DNA of 56,590 nucleotides, taken from positions 1 to 56,590 of the forward strand of contig CALMJO010000262.1 in assembly GCA_937864375.1 (NCBI GenBank), given 5' to 3'. The position numbers and the translations under genes were made by a program. This document shows positions 1-8,983 of this stretch, one piece after another; the first letter of the stretch is position 1; each line of letters opens with the position of its first letter. The notes under the pieces are model-generated. The model was not told the origin of the DNA, did no database searches, and was given only the letters and a program-made list of their open reading frames with translations. Source of the stretch: an uncultured Spirochaetota bacterium (GTDB lineage: Bacteria; Spirochaetota; UBA4802; UBA5368).

Positions 1-1360
1 GCCCTTCGACCACTTGCGCCAATTCACCCCCATTTTCCACAGCCCCAATCTTCCAGCCCGCAGCACGCATCTCCGCAGCTTTCTGAACAATACGTTCCAA
101 ACCATAGACGCGGATTGCTTTGAGGAGACTGTATTCATTCAAATACAATTGCCCCTTCTCGGGTCGCACATAACGATAGTTTCTCATGCAGACTTTCAAG
201 CTGCCTTGCTGTCCTTCGGCACAATTATTGTTCGTTCCGAGGTGGGAAAATCTATCCTTTCCCCAAACATTGCGCTTCTGGTTTTTCGCCCTCAACGAGT
301 GATTTACATACCGAGTGTTTCTGAAGAGTCCACGTTCGAGGAATGGAAAACTTTGGTCATGCCAAAGCACGGTCTGCGGCGGCAACCATTCGTAGTGGGG
401 TTCAACAGTCTCCTGTCTTTCATCTCTGATGCTTGTGAAAAGCACTGGCCCCTTCCTCATGGCTTGAGTCAATACGAGTGTCCCAATTTGGCAGAAGCCG
501 CGCTCCTCTGCGGTTTTGTCATTGAGATAGACGCTGGCGACAGAACCATTTGCTCGATACCGAGTGCGATAATTATTACTCTTCCTTGTGACGTTGTACA
601 ACGCGAGAACGTCTCCCTGAAGCACAGCTTTGCCTTTCATCATCTCGGAAATGTCCACAGACTTGTCGGGAAGCTCAAAATCCTCGGAAAAATCAGCATT
701 TATCGCGTCTTTCATGAGTTCGCGGACGACGGGAATCAAATCCGAACAGAGAACCTGAATCCTGCGTTTCAAGAGGGTTCCAGTGTTCCTGCCCACGTCG
801 AGCTTCCTGCAAATGTGGGAGGTCGTGAGTGGCTGCGGGTGAAGCTGCACGGCCTCGTGGAACATCCACCCGAATGCCCACAGAGGTATTCGTAGGCTAT
901 GCGCCGGAGTCATACTCGTCAAACTCGAATGAGCCTTACACTTCGGATTCGCACAACGCAGGGCGGTCTCCCTCGTGGAGATGGCCTTGAACTCACTCTG
1001 GCCACACTTGGGACACTGCTTCGGATACAGCGAAAGCAGGAGGGCGCGGGCGAAATCCCTGAAGTATTGCTGGTTCACTTCGGGGTGCTTCGCGGCGAAG
1101 GCAGATTTAGATTTTTGCCGTGGTTTGGTGTTTTGGATTGTTGGAGGAATGGAAGTGTTGGAGTCCACGGGAGGGTTGGAGGGTTTGGAATCCTCATGGG
1201 TTGTTTGGGTCTTCTTGGCTTTCAGGTTCTTTGCGGTCGTGGATACGGTTTGAGAGTTGCCAGAGGTCGAGGGGGTCGCCTTGGGGTCGTTAGGGGTATT
1301 GGAAACTGACGGAATTGGGGAATTGTCGGAATTGGATGGTTGGCGTTTCGGGTCTAACCT
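1..1360 (-). mobile_element. IS1595-family insertion sequence, partial. It runs off the 5' window edge; the inner end lies at about 1353-1367.
   Basis: Carries the transposase below. GC content is lower by eye than the flanking comM. Recognisable comM sequence stops at about 1368. The contig ends inside the element. No inverted repeat could be checked because the other end is missing. Confidence 0.6.
2..1078 (-). CDS. IS1595/ISXO2-like DDE transposase. The C-terminus lies beyond the window edge. The start is uncertain: GTG 1078 or GTG 1168, with the frame open up to 1411.
   Basis: Hand translation of the reverse complement has no stops. It shows a zinc ribbon (YPKQCPKCGQSEF...LRCANPKCKAHSS), an HTH-like stretch (IPLWAFGWMFHEAVQL...ICRKLDVGRNTGTLLKRRIQ) and DDE-like motifs (VDISEMM, LWHDQSF, YVNHS...GTNNNCAEGQQGSLK...YLNEYS). 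It is not in the ORF track because it has no stop codon inside the window. Confidence 0.7.
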   Translation of the reverse strand, partial: MNQQYFRDFARALLLSLYPKQCPKCGQSEFKAISTRETALRCANPKCKAHSSLTSMTPAHSLRIPLWAFGWMFHEAVQLHPQPLTTSHICRKLDVGRNTGTLLKRRIQVLCSDLIPVVRELMKDAINADFSEDFELPDKSVDISEMMKGKAVLQGDVLALYNVTRKSNNYRTRYRANGSVASVYLNDKTAEERGFCQIGTLVLTQAMRKGPVLFTSIRDERQETVEPHYEWLPPQTVLWHDQSFPFLERGLFRNTRYVNHSLRAKNQKRNVWGKDRFSHLGTNNNCAEGQQGSLKVCMRNYRYVRPEKGQLYLNEYSLLKAIRVYGLERIVQKAAEMRAAGWKIGAVENGGELAQVVEG

Positions 1361-2408
1361 GGCACTGGCAGGGATTGCTCGACGCCACCAGCATGAAGTC
1401 GGCCGGGAAGGTCACGGACCCGCTCGCGCGGGCGATCGTGATCTCGCAGTCCTCGAGCGGCTGGCGCAGCGCCTGGATCACGTTGTTCCTGAACTCCACG
1501 AACTCGTCCAGGAACAGAATCCCGTTGTGCGCAAGGGAGACCTCCCCCACGGAGGGTATTTTCCCCCCGCCCACAAGCGCCGCGTCCGAGCTCGTATGGT
1601 GCGGGGAGCGGAACGGGGGCGCGGAGACGAGCCCCTCCCCCGGACCCAGCATTCCCCCCAGCGAATGGATCATGGTGCTGCCAATGGCCTGTTCCCGCGT
1701 GATGGGCGGCAGGATCGATGGAATGCGCCGCGCGAGCATGGTCTTTCCCGAGCCGGGCGGCCCGTACAGGAGGATGTTGTGATGGCCCGCGGCCGCGATC
1801 TCGATCGCGCGCTTGGCCGTCTCCTGCCCGCGCACCTCGCCAAAGTCATACCGGTACGACGGGGACCGCGCAGCCGCCGATTCGTTCCTGTAGGGGACGC
1901 CCGCGCCGCGATACACCCCGATCGCCTCCGCTATGGAGGATACCGGGTATACCGTGATGCCCTCTATGGCCGCGGCCTCGTTCCTGTTTTCATAAGGCAC
2001 GATGATCCGGTCGAACCCCGCCTGCATGAGCCGTATTGCCATCGAGATGGTCCCCCTGACCGGCTTCACGCGCCCGTCAAGCGCGAGCTCCCCCACCATG
2101 GGAATGCCGCGCAGCTCGCAGTCCAGTTGCTCCGTGGACCTCAATATGGCCATGGCGATGGGCAGATCGAAGTTGGAGCCCTGCTTGCGAAAGCCGGCCG
2201 GCGCGAGGTTCACCACGTAATTGCGCGGCGGGAACTCGTGGCCCGTGTTCTCCACGGCCGAACGTATGCGCTCCCTTGCCTCCCGTATGGTGGAATCCGG
2301 AAGGCCCACGATGGTGAAGTTGGGCAGGCCCTTCACTATGTCCACCTCGATCTCCACCACGTGCGCATCTATTCCCTGGAGCGCGAACGAGACTGCCTGT
2401 GCAAGCAT
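1290..2408 (-). CDS. comM: YifB/ComM Mg-chelatase-like AAA+ ATPase, 3'-truncated at the junction with the IS
   Basis: 372 aa. The N-domain reads MLAQAVSFALQGIDAHVVEIEVD...GLPDSTIREARERIRSA and the Walker A reads LLYGPPGSGKTML. The last family-like stretch is FMLVASSNPC, followed by a 25-codon unrelated tail. Family members are usually about 500 aa. Confidence 0.8.
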   Translation of the reverse strand: MLAQAVSFALQGIDAHVVEIEVDIVKGLPNFTIVGLPDSTIREARERIRSAVENTGHEFPPRNYVVNLAPAGFRKQGSNFDLPIAMAILRSTEQLDCELRGIPMVGELALDGRVKPVRGTISMAIRLMQAGFDRIIVPYENRNEAAAIEGITVYPVSSIAEAIGVYRGAGVPYRNESAAARSPSYRYDFGEVRGQETAKRAIEIAAAGHHNILLYGPPGSGKTMLARRIPSILPPITREQAIGSTMIHSLGGMLGPGEGLVSAPPFRSPHHTSSDAALVGGGKIPSVGEVSLAHNGILFLDEFVEFRNNVIQALRQPLEDCEITIARASGSVTFPADFMLVASSNPCQCQVRPETPTIQFRQFPNSVSFQYP

Positions 2409-2444
2409 GCGACCTCCCTGGTCCAGCCCGGCCCGTGCCGGAAA

Positions 2445-2479
2445 TAAAAAGCGGCGACCTCTTCGAGAGGACCGCCGCC
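2445..2479 (-). terminator. Rho-independent terminator downstream of the 5'-nucleotidase gene
   Basis: On the minus strand, GCGGCGGTCCTCTCGAAGAGGTCGCCGC is followed by TTTTT. The stem is imperfect and GC-rich. Confidence 0.55.
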
Positions 2480-2543
2480 CTGCAGCGATACGGTAGTGTT
2501 TCGCGCGCCTCCCGAACCTTCTACGCGCGGGGGCGCCGGAATA

Positions 2544-4487
2544 TTAACTGATTTCCCGCTTCCTGAATTTTTTTACGAGCACCCTCGCGACGAGCGCCGC
2601 GCACGCGACGAGCACGATGAAGACCGCGAACGCGATCCAGGTGAGTTTGGTGCCATTCGAGAGGAGCGATACCGGGTTCCAGCTTGGCTGCTTGAGGATA
2701 CGCCCTTGCTTGGCGCGGTACTTTTCCGGTATGTTGGGAAGCCCGTCCTTGTCGGTGTCGGGGAAGCTGCGGATGAATTCCATCACGCCCACCCACTCCT
2801 TGAGCTCCTGGATACCGGGCTTCGCCTTGTCCGCATCAACGCGGAAATCAACGAGGCTCGCGATGGGGTTCCCCTTCCGGTCCTTGGGGACTATGTCCAG
2901 GAAGTGGAAGGTGTAGTCGCCCACAACCTTGAGGAAGGTGGTGTCGTATATATTGGCCGCGATGCGGTAAAGCTGCGTGTTCCCGCCCGAATAGTCGAGC
3001 TCCTTGTAGCCCTCCTCTTCGCTCCCCAGCCAGATGCCGGTCACGCGGTCAAAGAGCACGCGGCGAGGGTTATACGTGAACTTGAGCCCGGAAAACTGCA
3101 GGAAGTACGAGTCCCCCTTCATGGGATAGATGCTCGTGAGCACCTCGAGCGCCTTCTTGATCTCGGAGGCGTACACGTAGATGGTGACGAGCGGGTATGC
3201 CATCGTGCTGTCGTCCATTCCTATTCCCAGCGGGATGGTGCGGAAAACGTCGGCGACGCATACCTTCCCGGTTTTTCCCTTGAGCAGGTGGTCGCGTATG
3301 ACGCCGTTGGACTCCACCGCGACCGCCACCTTCGTGACCGGGTCGGCAGGGTCGGAATCGTACTTGTCCACGTACCAGCGTATTGAATCCGTGATGAGGT
3401 TGCCTATGGTCGATTCGTCTTCCACGAGCTTGAGGTCAAAATCGGTCTTCGCGATGACCTTCCAGTACGCGAGGTTGTACTGCGCCAGCACCGCCTGGTC
3501 GATCTGCCCGATGAAGCCGTCCACCATCCGCTGGATGTTCATGTCGGAGGCGATGGAATCGTTGATGTCGACGAGCCTGTAGCTCTTCACGCGCGCCTTC
3601 CCGTTTTCCCACGCGATGTCGAGCACGCCCAGGGCGCGCGCGTAATCGTGCGCCTGCACGATGATCACGCCGTTCACCACGAGGGGCTTTTCCAGCCGGG
3701 TATGAGTGTGGCCGCTCACGATCACGTCGATCCCCGGGACCTTCTTCGCGAGCGCCTCGTCCTCGGATTCGCTCCCCAGGTACACCCCGCTGTGCGAGAT
3801 GCAGACGACCATGTCGACCTTTTCCTGCTCTCGCAGGATCTTTACCATCTCGCCGGCCGCCTCGAATTTTTTCCTGAACTTAACGGGAGAGGCGAAGGGC
3901 GAGTCGCCGATCGCGATGTCGCCGATCACGCCAAAGAACCCGACCTTGATCCCGTCTATCGTCTTCACCGCGTACGGCTTCACGTACTTCCTGAACGCAG
4001 CCTCCAGCGTGTCGTCCTTGTCGCTCTCCGCGCTGAAGATCGCGCTCGAGAACACGACCTCGGGCATTCCCTTCGCCGCGCCCGAGCTCAGGATGCGCGC
4101 GAGTCCTTTGGGCATGAGGTCGAACTCGTGGTTGCCAAGGGTCACCAGGTCGTAACCCATCGCCTTCATGATGCGCAGCTCGAACGCCTCCTCGCGCACG
4201 AGCATGTGGAAGAGCGAGCCCATCGTGAAATCGCCCGAGTCCAGGAGGAGCACCGGGTTCGTGCGGGCCTTCCTTTCCCCCGCGATCGCGGTGGCGAGCC
4301 TCGCATAAGCGCCTATCGTTGCGTCGTCACCGACCTTGTCCGCCGTGTAATCCAGCTCCGGCGCAAATCCCATCAGGTGCGAATGCATGTCGTTCGTATG
4401 AAGAATCGTGACCGTCTTTTCCGCCGCGGCGAGCGGGACGGTGCAGGCCAGCAGCACGGCGGCCGCGATACCGATGATTCGTTTCAT
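2544..4487 (-). CDS. Bifunctional metallophosphatase/5'-nucleotidase (UshA-like), secreted, with a C-terminal membrane anchor
   Basis: 647 aa. Has a signal peptide (MKRIIGIAAAVLLACTVPLAAA), the calcineurin-like motifs ILHTNDMHSH, DSGD and GNHEFD, and a C-terminal TM helix (WIAFAVFIVLVACAALVARVL). Confidence 0.85.
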   Translation of the reverse strand: MKRIIGIAAAVLLACTVPLAAAEKTVTILHTNDMHSHLMGFAPELDYTADKVGDDATIGAYARLATAIAGERKARTNPVLLLDSGDFTMGSLFHMLVREEAFELRIMKAMGYDLVTLGNHEFDLMPKGLARILSSGAAKGMPEVVFSSAIFSAESDKDDTLEAAFRKYVKPYAVKTIDGIKVGFFGVIGDIAIGDSPFASPVKFRKKFEAAGEMVKILREQEKVDMVVCISHSGVYLGSESEDEALAKKVPGIDVIVSGHTHTRLEKPLVVNGVIIVQAHDYARALGVLDIAWENGKARVKSYRLVDINDSIASDMNIQRMVDGFIGQIDQAVLAQYNLAYWKVIAKTDFDLKLVEDESTIGNLITDSIRWYVDKYDSDPADPVTKVAVAVESNGVIRDHLLKGKTGKVCVADVFRTIPLGIGMDDSTMAYPLVTIYVYASEIKKALEVLTSIYPMKGDSYFLQFSGLKFTYNPRRVLFDRVTGIWLGSEEEGYKELDYSGGNTQLYRIAANIYDTTFLKVVGDYTFHFLDIVPKDRKGNPIASLVDFRVDADKAKPGIQELKEWVGVMEFIRSFPDTDKDGLPNIPEKYRAKQGRILKQPSWNPVSLLSNGTKLTWIAFAVFIVLVACAALVARVLVKKFRKREIS

Positions 4488-4822
4488 CGCATATCTCCTT
4501 GTTAATGTTTGGATCGTGGGGAACCGATTGACGTATCATAGTCGGTACCATCCGCGCGGGCAAGAATAAAATTCGCGCGTCGCCGCCAAAGGGCCAGCCC
4601 GCCCGGTTCGATGCGCATCCGTCCGGCCGGCGCCACAATAATCGGCCCCGCCTAAAAAAATCATTGCGTGAACGATGCGCGAAGATGATGCTCATTGAGG
4701 CTCATGCGCATCTACATTCTCAACGGAGGAACCTTGATCAGGACAACGCGCACCCGATCGCGCTGCCAGGTCTGCCGGAACGCCCTCACCGGGACAGGAA
4801 TTCGCACGCGCGGGCCTGCATC

Positions 4823-5815
4823 ATGATCGCCCTCGGCCCCCTTCTCATCGAGGGCCCCCTAGGGATGGCGCCCCTCGCCGGCTTCACCGATTCCCCTTTC
4901 AGGAGGCTCGTGCGCCGGTTCGGGGCCGCGCTCACCTTCACCGAGCTCATCAGCGCGGAAGGCATCGCCCGGGGGAACCGCAAGACGTACGACCTCATGC
5001 GCTTCCACAAGGACGAGCGCCCGCTTGGCATACAGATCTTCGGCAAGGACGCAGCGCGCATGGCCGAGGCGGCGGCGCGCGTGGAGGACCTGGGCCCGGA
5101 CCTCATCGACATCAACGTGGGCTGCTGCGCGCCCAAGGTGTGCCACAGCGGCTCGGGGGCGGCGCTCCTGAAAGACCTGGATCTGCTCGGCGCCATCGCT
5201 TCGGCGGTGGTGAAGCGCGTGAAGCTCCCCGTCTCCGCGAAGATACGCCTTGGCTGGGACGACACATCAAGGAACCACCTGGAAACCCTGCGCGTCCTCG
5301 AGGATTCCGGCGTTTCGTTCATCACCGTCCACGGCAGGACGCGCGCGCAGCGCTATACCGGAAGCGCGGACTGGGACGCGATCACGGAGGTACGTGAGCG
5401 CGCCCGCATCCCGGTGATCGGGAACGGCGACATCCACAGCCACGACCAGGCGCTCCAGCGACTCGGGGAATCGGGCTGCGCGGCGGTCATGGTGGGCAGG
5501 GGGGCGATTGGCAATCCCTGGGTGTTTGGCACCCATGTCCCGTCAATGCGCGAACGGGCCGCCGTCATAAGGGAGCATATCGATCTCATGGTGGAGGACT
5601 TCGGCCCCTACGGCCTCGTCCTCATGCGCAAGCACCTGGTCCGCTACGTGCACGGGGTCCGCAACGCGTCCCGGTTCAGGGACGCGTTCGTCCACCAGCA
5701 TACATACGAGGAAATCATCGCACTCGTCGATTCGCTCGCCGAGCTCCCCGAGTCCCATGACGAGGAGGGGGGCGCGACGGGCATACCCCACATCGAGCCG
5801 GAGGACATGGAATGA
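4823..5815 (+). CDS. dus: tRNA-dihydrouridine synthase (the ATG at 4823 is preferred over the upstream ORF start at 4664)
   Basis: Motifs MAPLAGFTDSPFRRLVR, LGIQIFG, IDINVGCCAPKV and ITVHGRTRAQRY. The final 4 nt overlap rsmI as ATGA. Confidence 0.85.
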   Translation: MIALGPLLIEGPLGMAPLAGFTDSPFRRLVRRFGAALTFTELISAEGIARGNRKTYDLMRFHKDERPLGIQIFGKDAARMAEAAARVEDLGPDLIDINVGCCAPKVCHSGSGAALLKDLDLLGAIASAVVKRVKLPVSAKIRLGWDDTSRNHLETLRVLEDSGVSFITVHGRTRAQRYTGSADWDAITEVRERARIPVIGNGDIHSHDQALQRLGESGCAAVMVGRGAIGNPWVFGTHVPSMRERAAVIREHIDLMVEDFGPYGLVLMRKHLVRYVHGVRNASRFRDAFVHQHTYEEIIALVDSLAELPESHDEEGGATGIPHIEPEDME

Positions 5816-6531
5816 GCAACGGGACCCTCTACATCATCGCATCCCCCATCGGCAACCTGGAAGACATTACCCTGAGGGCCCTCCGTGTTCTCAGGGAGAG
5901 TGCGGGGCGCGTCTACTGCGAGGACACCCGCCAGACCAGGAAGCTCCTTGACCATTACGGCATCTCCCTGCACGCCCGATCGCTCCACGCGCACTCGTCG
6001 GACGCCCGGATCCAGGAGGCGCTGGACGAGCTGCAGGGCGGCACCTCTATCGCCTACCTCACGGATTCGGGCACTCCCGGGATTTCGGACCCCGGCGCGC
6101 GTCTCGTGGAGCATGCCAGAGCGGCGGGCATTCCCGTGGTGCCGGTCCCCGGGCCCTCGGCGCTCGCGGCGCTCCTCTCGGTGGCGGGGTTCGCCGGGAA
6201 GACCGTCGTTTTCACCGGTTTCCTGAGCAAGCGTGAGGGCCGGATGCGCCGGGAGCTCGAGCGGTACCGGGAATTCGAAGCGGTCATAGTCATGTACGAG
6301 TCACCCTACCGGATCAAGCGCCTCCTGTCGCTGGTCCACTCGGTCTTTCCCTCGTCCATGGTCGCGATCGGCAGGGAGATGACCAAGCTGCACGAGGAAA
6401 TCATCACCGGGACCTCCCGGGAGGTGATGACAGGCCTTGAAAGTCTCACCGCCAGGGGCGAATTCACGGTTGCGGTCTGGAACCGACCGTCGGACGAAAT
6501 CCCGGAAGAGCCATGGGACGATCGGGATTAA
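5812..6531 (+). CDS. rsmI: 16S rRNA (cytidine1402-2'-O)-methyltransferase
   Basis: N-terminus GTLYIIASPIGNLEDITLRALRVLRE...YCEDTR and ESPYR, typical of RsmI (the tetrapyrrole-methylase fold family). Confidence 0.85.
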   Translation: MSNGTLYIIASPIGNLEDITLRALRVLRESAGRVYCEDTRQTRKLLDHYGISLHARSLHAHSSDARIQEALDELQGGTSIAYLTDSGTPGISDPGARLVEHARAAGIPVVPVPGPSALAALLSVAGFAGKTVVFTGFLSKREGRMRRELERYREFEAVIVMYESPYRIKRLLSLVHSVFPSSMVAIGREMTKLHEEIITGTSREVMTGLESLTARGEFTVAVWNRPSDEIPEEPWDDRD

Positions 6532-6608
6532 ATCATCGGCCCCCCTTGCCTCGTACGCCCCGGGACAGTATATTTATTGATGAATTGTCCGGGGGGTTCA
6601 TTATTCAT

Positions 6609-6635
6609 TAAAGATTTGACAAATCGCGCCGATAA
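6609..6635 (+). promoter_or_regulatory. Sigma-28 (FliA) promoter for flgM
   Basis: TAAA (6609-6612), a 15-nt spacer, then GCCGATAA (6628-6635). This is an exact match to the TAAA-N15-GCCGATAA consensus and sits 32 nt upstream of the flgM ATG. The SD is AAGAGGGAA. Confidence 0.7.
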
Positions 6636-6666
6636 TAGTAACAGATAGAATAAGAGGGAAACGGCC

Positions 6667-6963
6667 ATGGTTATTGATAAAATTGGCAATATAAACAATA
6701 TCGTCGAGCCCAAGGGCGCCAAAGCGACCCCCAGGAGCCGCGAAACGGGGAAAACCGACCAGGTGGAGATCTCTTCGGAAGGCAAGAAGGCGGCCGAATT
6801 CTCCAGGTATGCCCAGGTAGTCAAGGACACCCCCGACATCCGTCAGGAGAAGGTACGGGAGATCAAGGCGCGCATCCAGGACGGCACCTACGACAAGTTC
6901 AACGACGACCAGGTTCTCCAGATGGTAGCCGACAGGATCGCGACCTATCTGCTCCGCAAATAA
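6667..6963 (+). CDS. flgM: Anti-sigma-28 factor FlgM
   Basis: 98 aa. The C-terminal region EKVREIKARIQDGTYDKFNDDQVLQMVADRI is typical of FlgM. The gene sits behind a sigma-28 promoter, and fliA is present in the same window. Confidence 0.8.
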   Translation: MVIDKIGNINNIVEPKGAKATPRSRETGKTDQVEISSEGKKAAEFSRYAQVVKDTPDIRQEKVREIKARIQDGTYDKFNDDQVLQMVADRIATYLLRK

Positions 6964-6989
6964 CGGACGACAGGTACATCATAAAGAAT

Positions 6990-7018
6990 AAAAAGCGGAG
7001 GAAAAATCCGCTTTTTTT
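6990..7018 (+). terminator. Rho-independent terminator after flgM
   Basis: Hairpin AAAAAGCGGA-ggaaaaa-TCCGCTTTTTTT. Confidence 0.7.
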
Positions 7019-7031
7019 ATCCCTGTAAGAC

Positions 7032-8204
7032 ATGGCTACCGCGATAAAATCAGTCACCATACCGGATTTCTACATCCCCACGGAGGTGTACTTAAAGCAG
7101 GACGTGGTATCCGAGCTGGGAGGCATCATAGGCGGCATCGGATCGCGCGCGCTCATAATCACCACGCCGCGCGATCTCCAGAAGTTCTCGGATGCGCTCG
7201 ACAGGGTCGCGCACAGCCTCCACGGGTCCGACATCGCCTTCATCGTGTACGACGACCTGGTTGACATCCCCAACACCGAGTACGTCGATTCGGCCACCTA
7301 CTTCGCCAAGAAATCCCACTGCGACGTGATCGTGGGGTTCGGGGGGATCGAATCGATCAATGTCGCCAAGGCGGTCTCCATCCTGTCCAGCAATTACCTT
7401 TTCTGCGACGATCTCTTCGAGAACCCCCAGGTGAACCAGCCCCTTCCCCTGGTCACCATTCCGACGCATCCCATATTCGGCTTCGAAATCCTGCCTCAGC
7501 TCTTCATCAACGAGATCAAGCACCAGTTCAAGCAGGTGTACGCGCACCGCTACCTGTACCCGCGCGCGACCGTGATTGACCCGGCCTTCGCGACGGTGAT
7601 TGACGACGAGTCAACGGCGTATGGAAGCATCTCGGCCCTTTCCCTTGCGACGGAATCCGTCATCTCCAAGACCAACAACCAGATGGTAAACACCTACGCG
7701 CTCAAGGCGATCGACCTGACGTTCAAGTTCCTGCCCCTGGCGTACCGGGAGCCGGGAAACATCACCGCGCGCGCGCACCTCGCGATGGCGTCCGTCATGT
7801 CGGGCATCGCCTTTACCGTCTGCAACCTTTCGGTGAGCATGGCGATCGCGCTCGCGCTCTCGTCCCGGACGGGGGTAAGCGTACCCCAGTCCATGTCGCT
7901 GCTCCTTCCGCACGTAATGGAGTACAACCTCACCTCGTCGCCCGGCAAGTACGTGCAGATGTCCAAGGTGATGGACGAGGACGTGCGCGATATCACCGTC
8001 ATCGAGGCGGCGATCAAGGCGGTGGAGGGCGTGCGCAAGCTCGAAATCGATTCCGACATTCCCCAGCGCCTTTCCAGTTTCGAGATTCCCAAGACCGAAT
8101 TCTCGCGCATCGCCGAAATCGCCCTCAACTACCCGTTCCTGGAGAACGCCCCCCGGCCCCTCTCCCGCGACGAGATCGAGACCATTCTCATCGCGGCGTA
8201 CTGA
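7032..8204 (+). CDS. Iron-containing alcohol dehydrogenase family protein lacking the canonical metal ligands
   Basis: 390 aa with Fe-ADH fold signatures: VIVGFGGIESINVAKAV aligns to GGGSxxDxAK, TVIDPAFA...YGSISALSLATESV aligns to DP...GMDALTHAIEAY, and LLLPHVMEYN is present. The ligand positions D, H, H, H read S, L, M/L, Q. Confidence 0.7.
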   Translation: MATAIKSVTIPDFYIPTEVYLKQDVVSELGGIIGGIGSRALIITTPRDLQKFSDALDRVAHSLHGSDIAFIVYDDLVDIPNTEYVDSATYFAKKSHCDVIVGFGGIESINVAKAVSILSSNYLFCDDLFENPQVNQPLPLVTIPTHPIFGFEILPQLFINEIKHQFKQVYAHRYLYPRATVIDPAFATVIDDESTAYGSISALSLATESVISKTNNQMVNTYALKAIDLTFKFLPLAYREPGNITARAHLAMASVMSGIAFTVCNLSVSMAIALALSSRTGVSVPQSMSLLLPHVMEYNLTSSPGKYVQMSKVMDEDVRDITVIEAAIKAVEGVRKLEIDSDIPQRLSSFEIPKTEFSRIAEIALNYPFLENAPRPLSRDEIETILIAAY

Positions 8205-8209
8205 TACCC

Positions 8210-8983
8210 ATGAACGAAGCGCTTCTCAGGGAACTTCTTGGCCGCTTCAAGCGGGGTGAATTGGAGGAGCGCGAGCTCGTGTCGCGTCTCTCCTCCCTGC
8301 CCTTCGAGGACATCTCCTTCGCGAGGATCGACCACCACAGGGAGCTCCGATGGGGCTTTCCCGAGGTTATCTTCTGCCAGGGAAAGACGCCGGCCCAGTC
8401 CGCAGCGATCGCGCAGAAGATCGTCGAACGGGGCGCAAGCCTCCTTGCGACCAGGGCCGACCGTGAAACGAGCGAGGCGATCCAGTCGGTACTTCCCGCC
8501 GCCGCGTACGACGAGCTCTCCCGCACCGTCACCCTGCGCGCGCGCGAGCCGGAGGCACTGCCCGGGAAGCTCCTCATCGTCACCGCGGGCACCTCCGACC
8601 TCCCCGTCGCGGGCGAAGCGGCGCAGACCGGGCGCATGCTGGGGCTTGACGTCGCCACCCAGGGTGACATTGGCGTGGCGGGTATCCACCGCCTCATGCA
8701 TTACCGTGAGCAGCTGGAGACCGCGTCGGTTGTCATCGTCGTGGCGGGAATGGAGGGCGCGCTCGCCTCGGTCGTCGCGGGGCTCGTTCAGTCGCCCGTG
8801 ATCGCGGTTCCCACCTCCGTTGGATACGGCGCGTCATTCCAGGGACTCGCTCCTCTCCTGGGCATGCTCAATTCCTGCGTACCCGGCGTCGCCGTGATGA
8901 ACATTGACAACGGCTTTGGCGCCGCCTTCCTCGCGTTCAAGATTCTCAGGACCGCCGCACGGATCGCTGAGGCCGGAAAATGA
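8210..8983 (+). CDS. larB: Nickel-pincer cofactor biosynthesis protein LarB (PurE-like carboxylase/hydrolase)
   Basis: 257 aa with motifs ARIDHHRELRWGFPEVIFCQGKT, LLIVTAGTSDLPVAGEAA, VVAGMEGALASVVAGL and AVPTSVGYGAS. It starts 5 nt after the ADH-like gene. Confidence 0.8.
   Translation: MNEALLRELLGRFKRGELEERELVSRLSSLPFEDISFARIDHHRELRWGFPEVIFCQGKTPAQSAAIAQKIVERGASLLATRADRETSEAIQSVLPAAAYDELSRTVTLRAREPEALPGKLLIVTAGTSDLPVAGEAAQTGRMLGLDVATQGDIGVAGIHRLMHYREQLETASVVIVVAGMEGALASVVAGLVQSPVIAVPTSVGYGASFQGLAPLLGMLNSCVPGVAVMNIDNGFGAAFLAFKILRTAARIAEAGK

Noticed and set aside
14-895. 293-aa plus-strand ORF, the longest listed ORF at the 5' end
   Set aside because: The sequence has no recognisable motifs. 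The opposite strand in the same interval encodes a clear IS1595-type transposase, so this is a shadow frame.
1349-1368. TGGCAC...TTGC, sigma-54-like elements near the IS/comM junction
   Set aside because: The spacing between the GG and GC dinucleotides is 14 nt rather than 10, and no downstream gene lies in that orientation.
4605-4612. GGTTCGAT, a tRNA T-loop-like octamer in the 5'-nucleotidase/dus intergenic region
   Set aside because: The flanking bases cannot form a T-stem, and no acceptor or anticodon arms could be drawn. It is not a tRNA.
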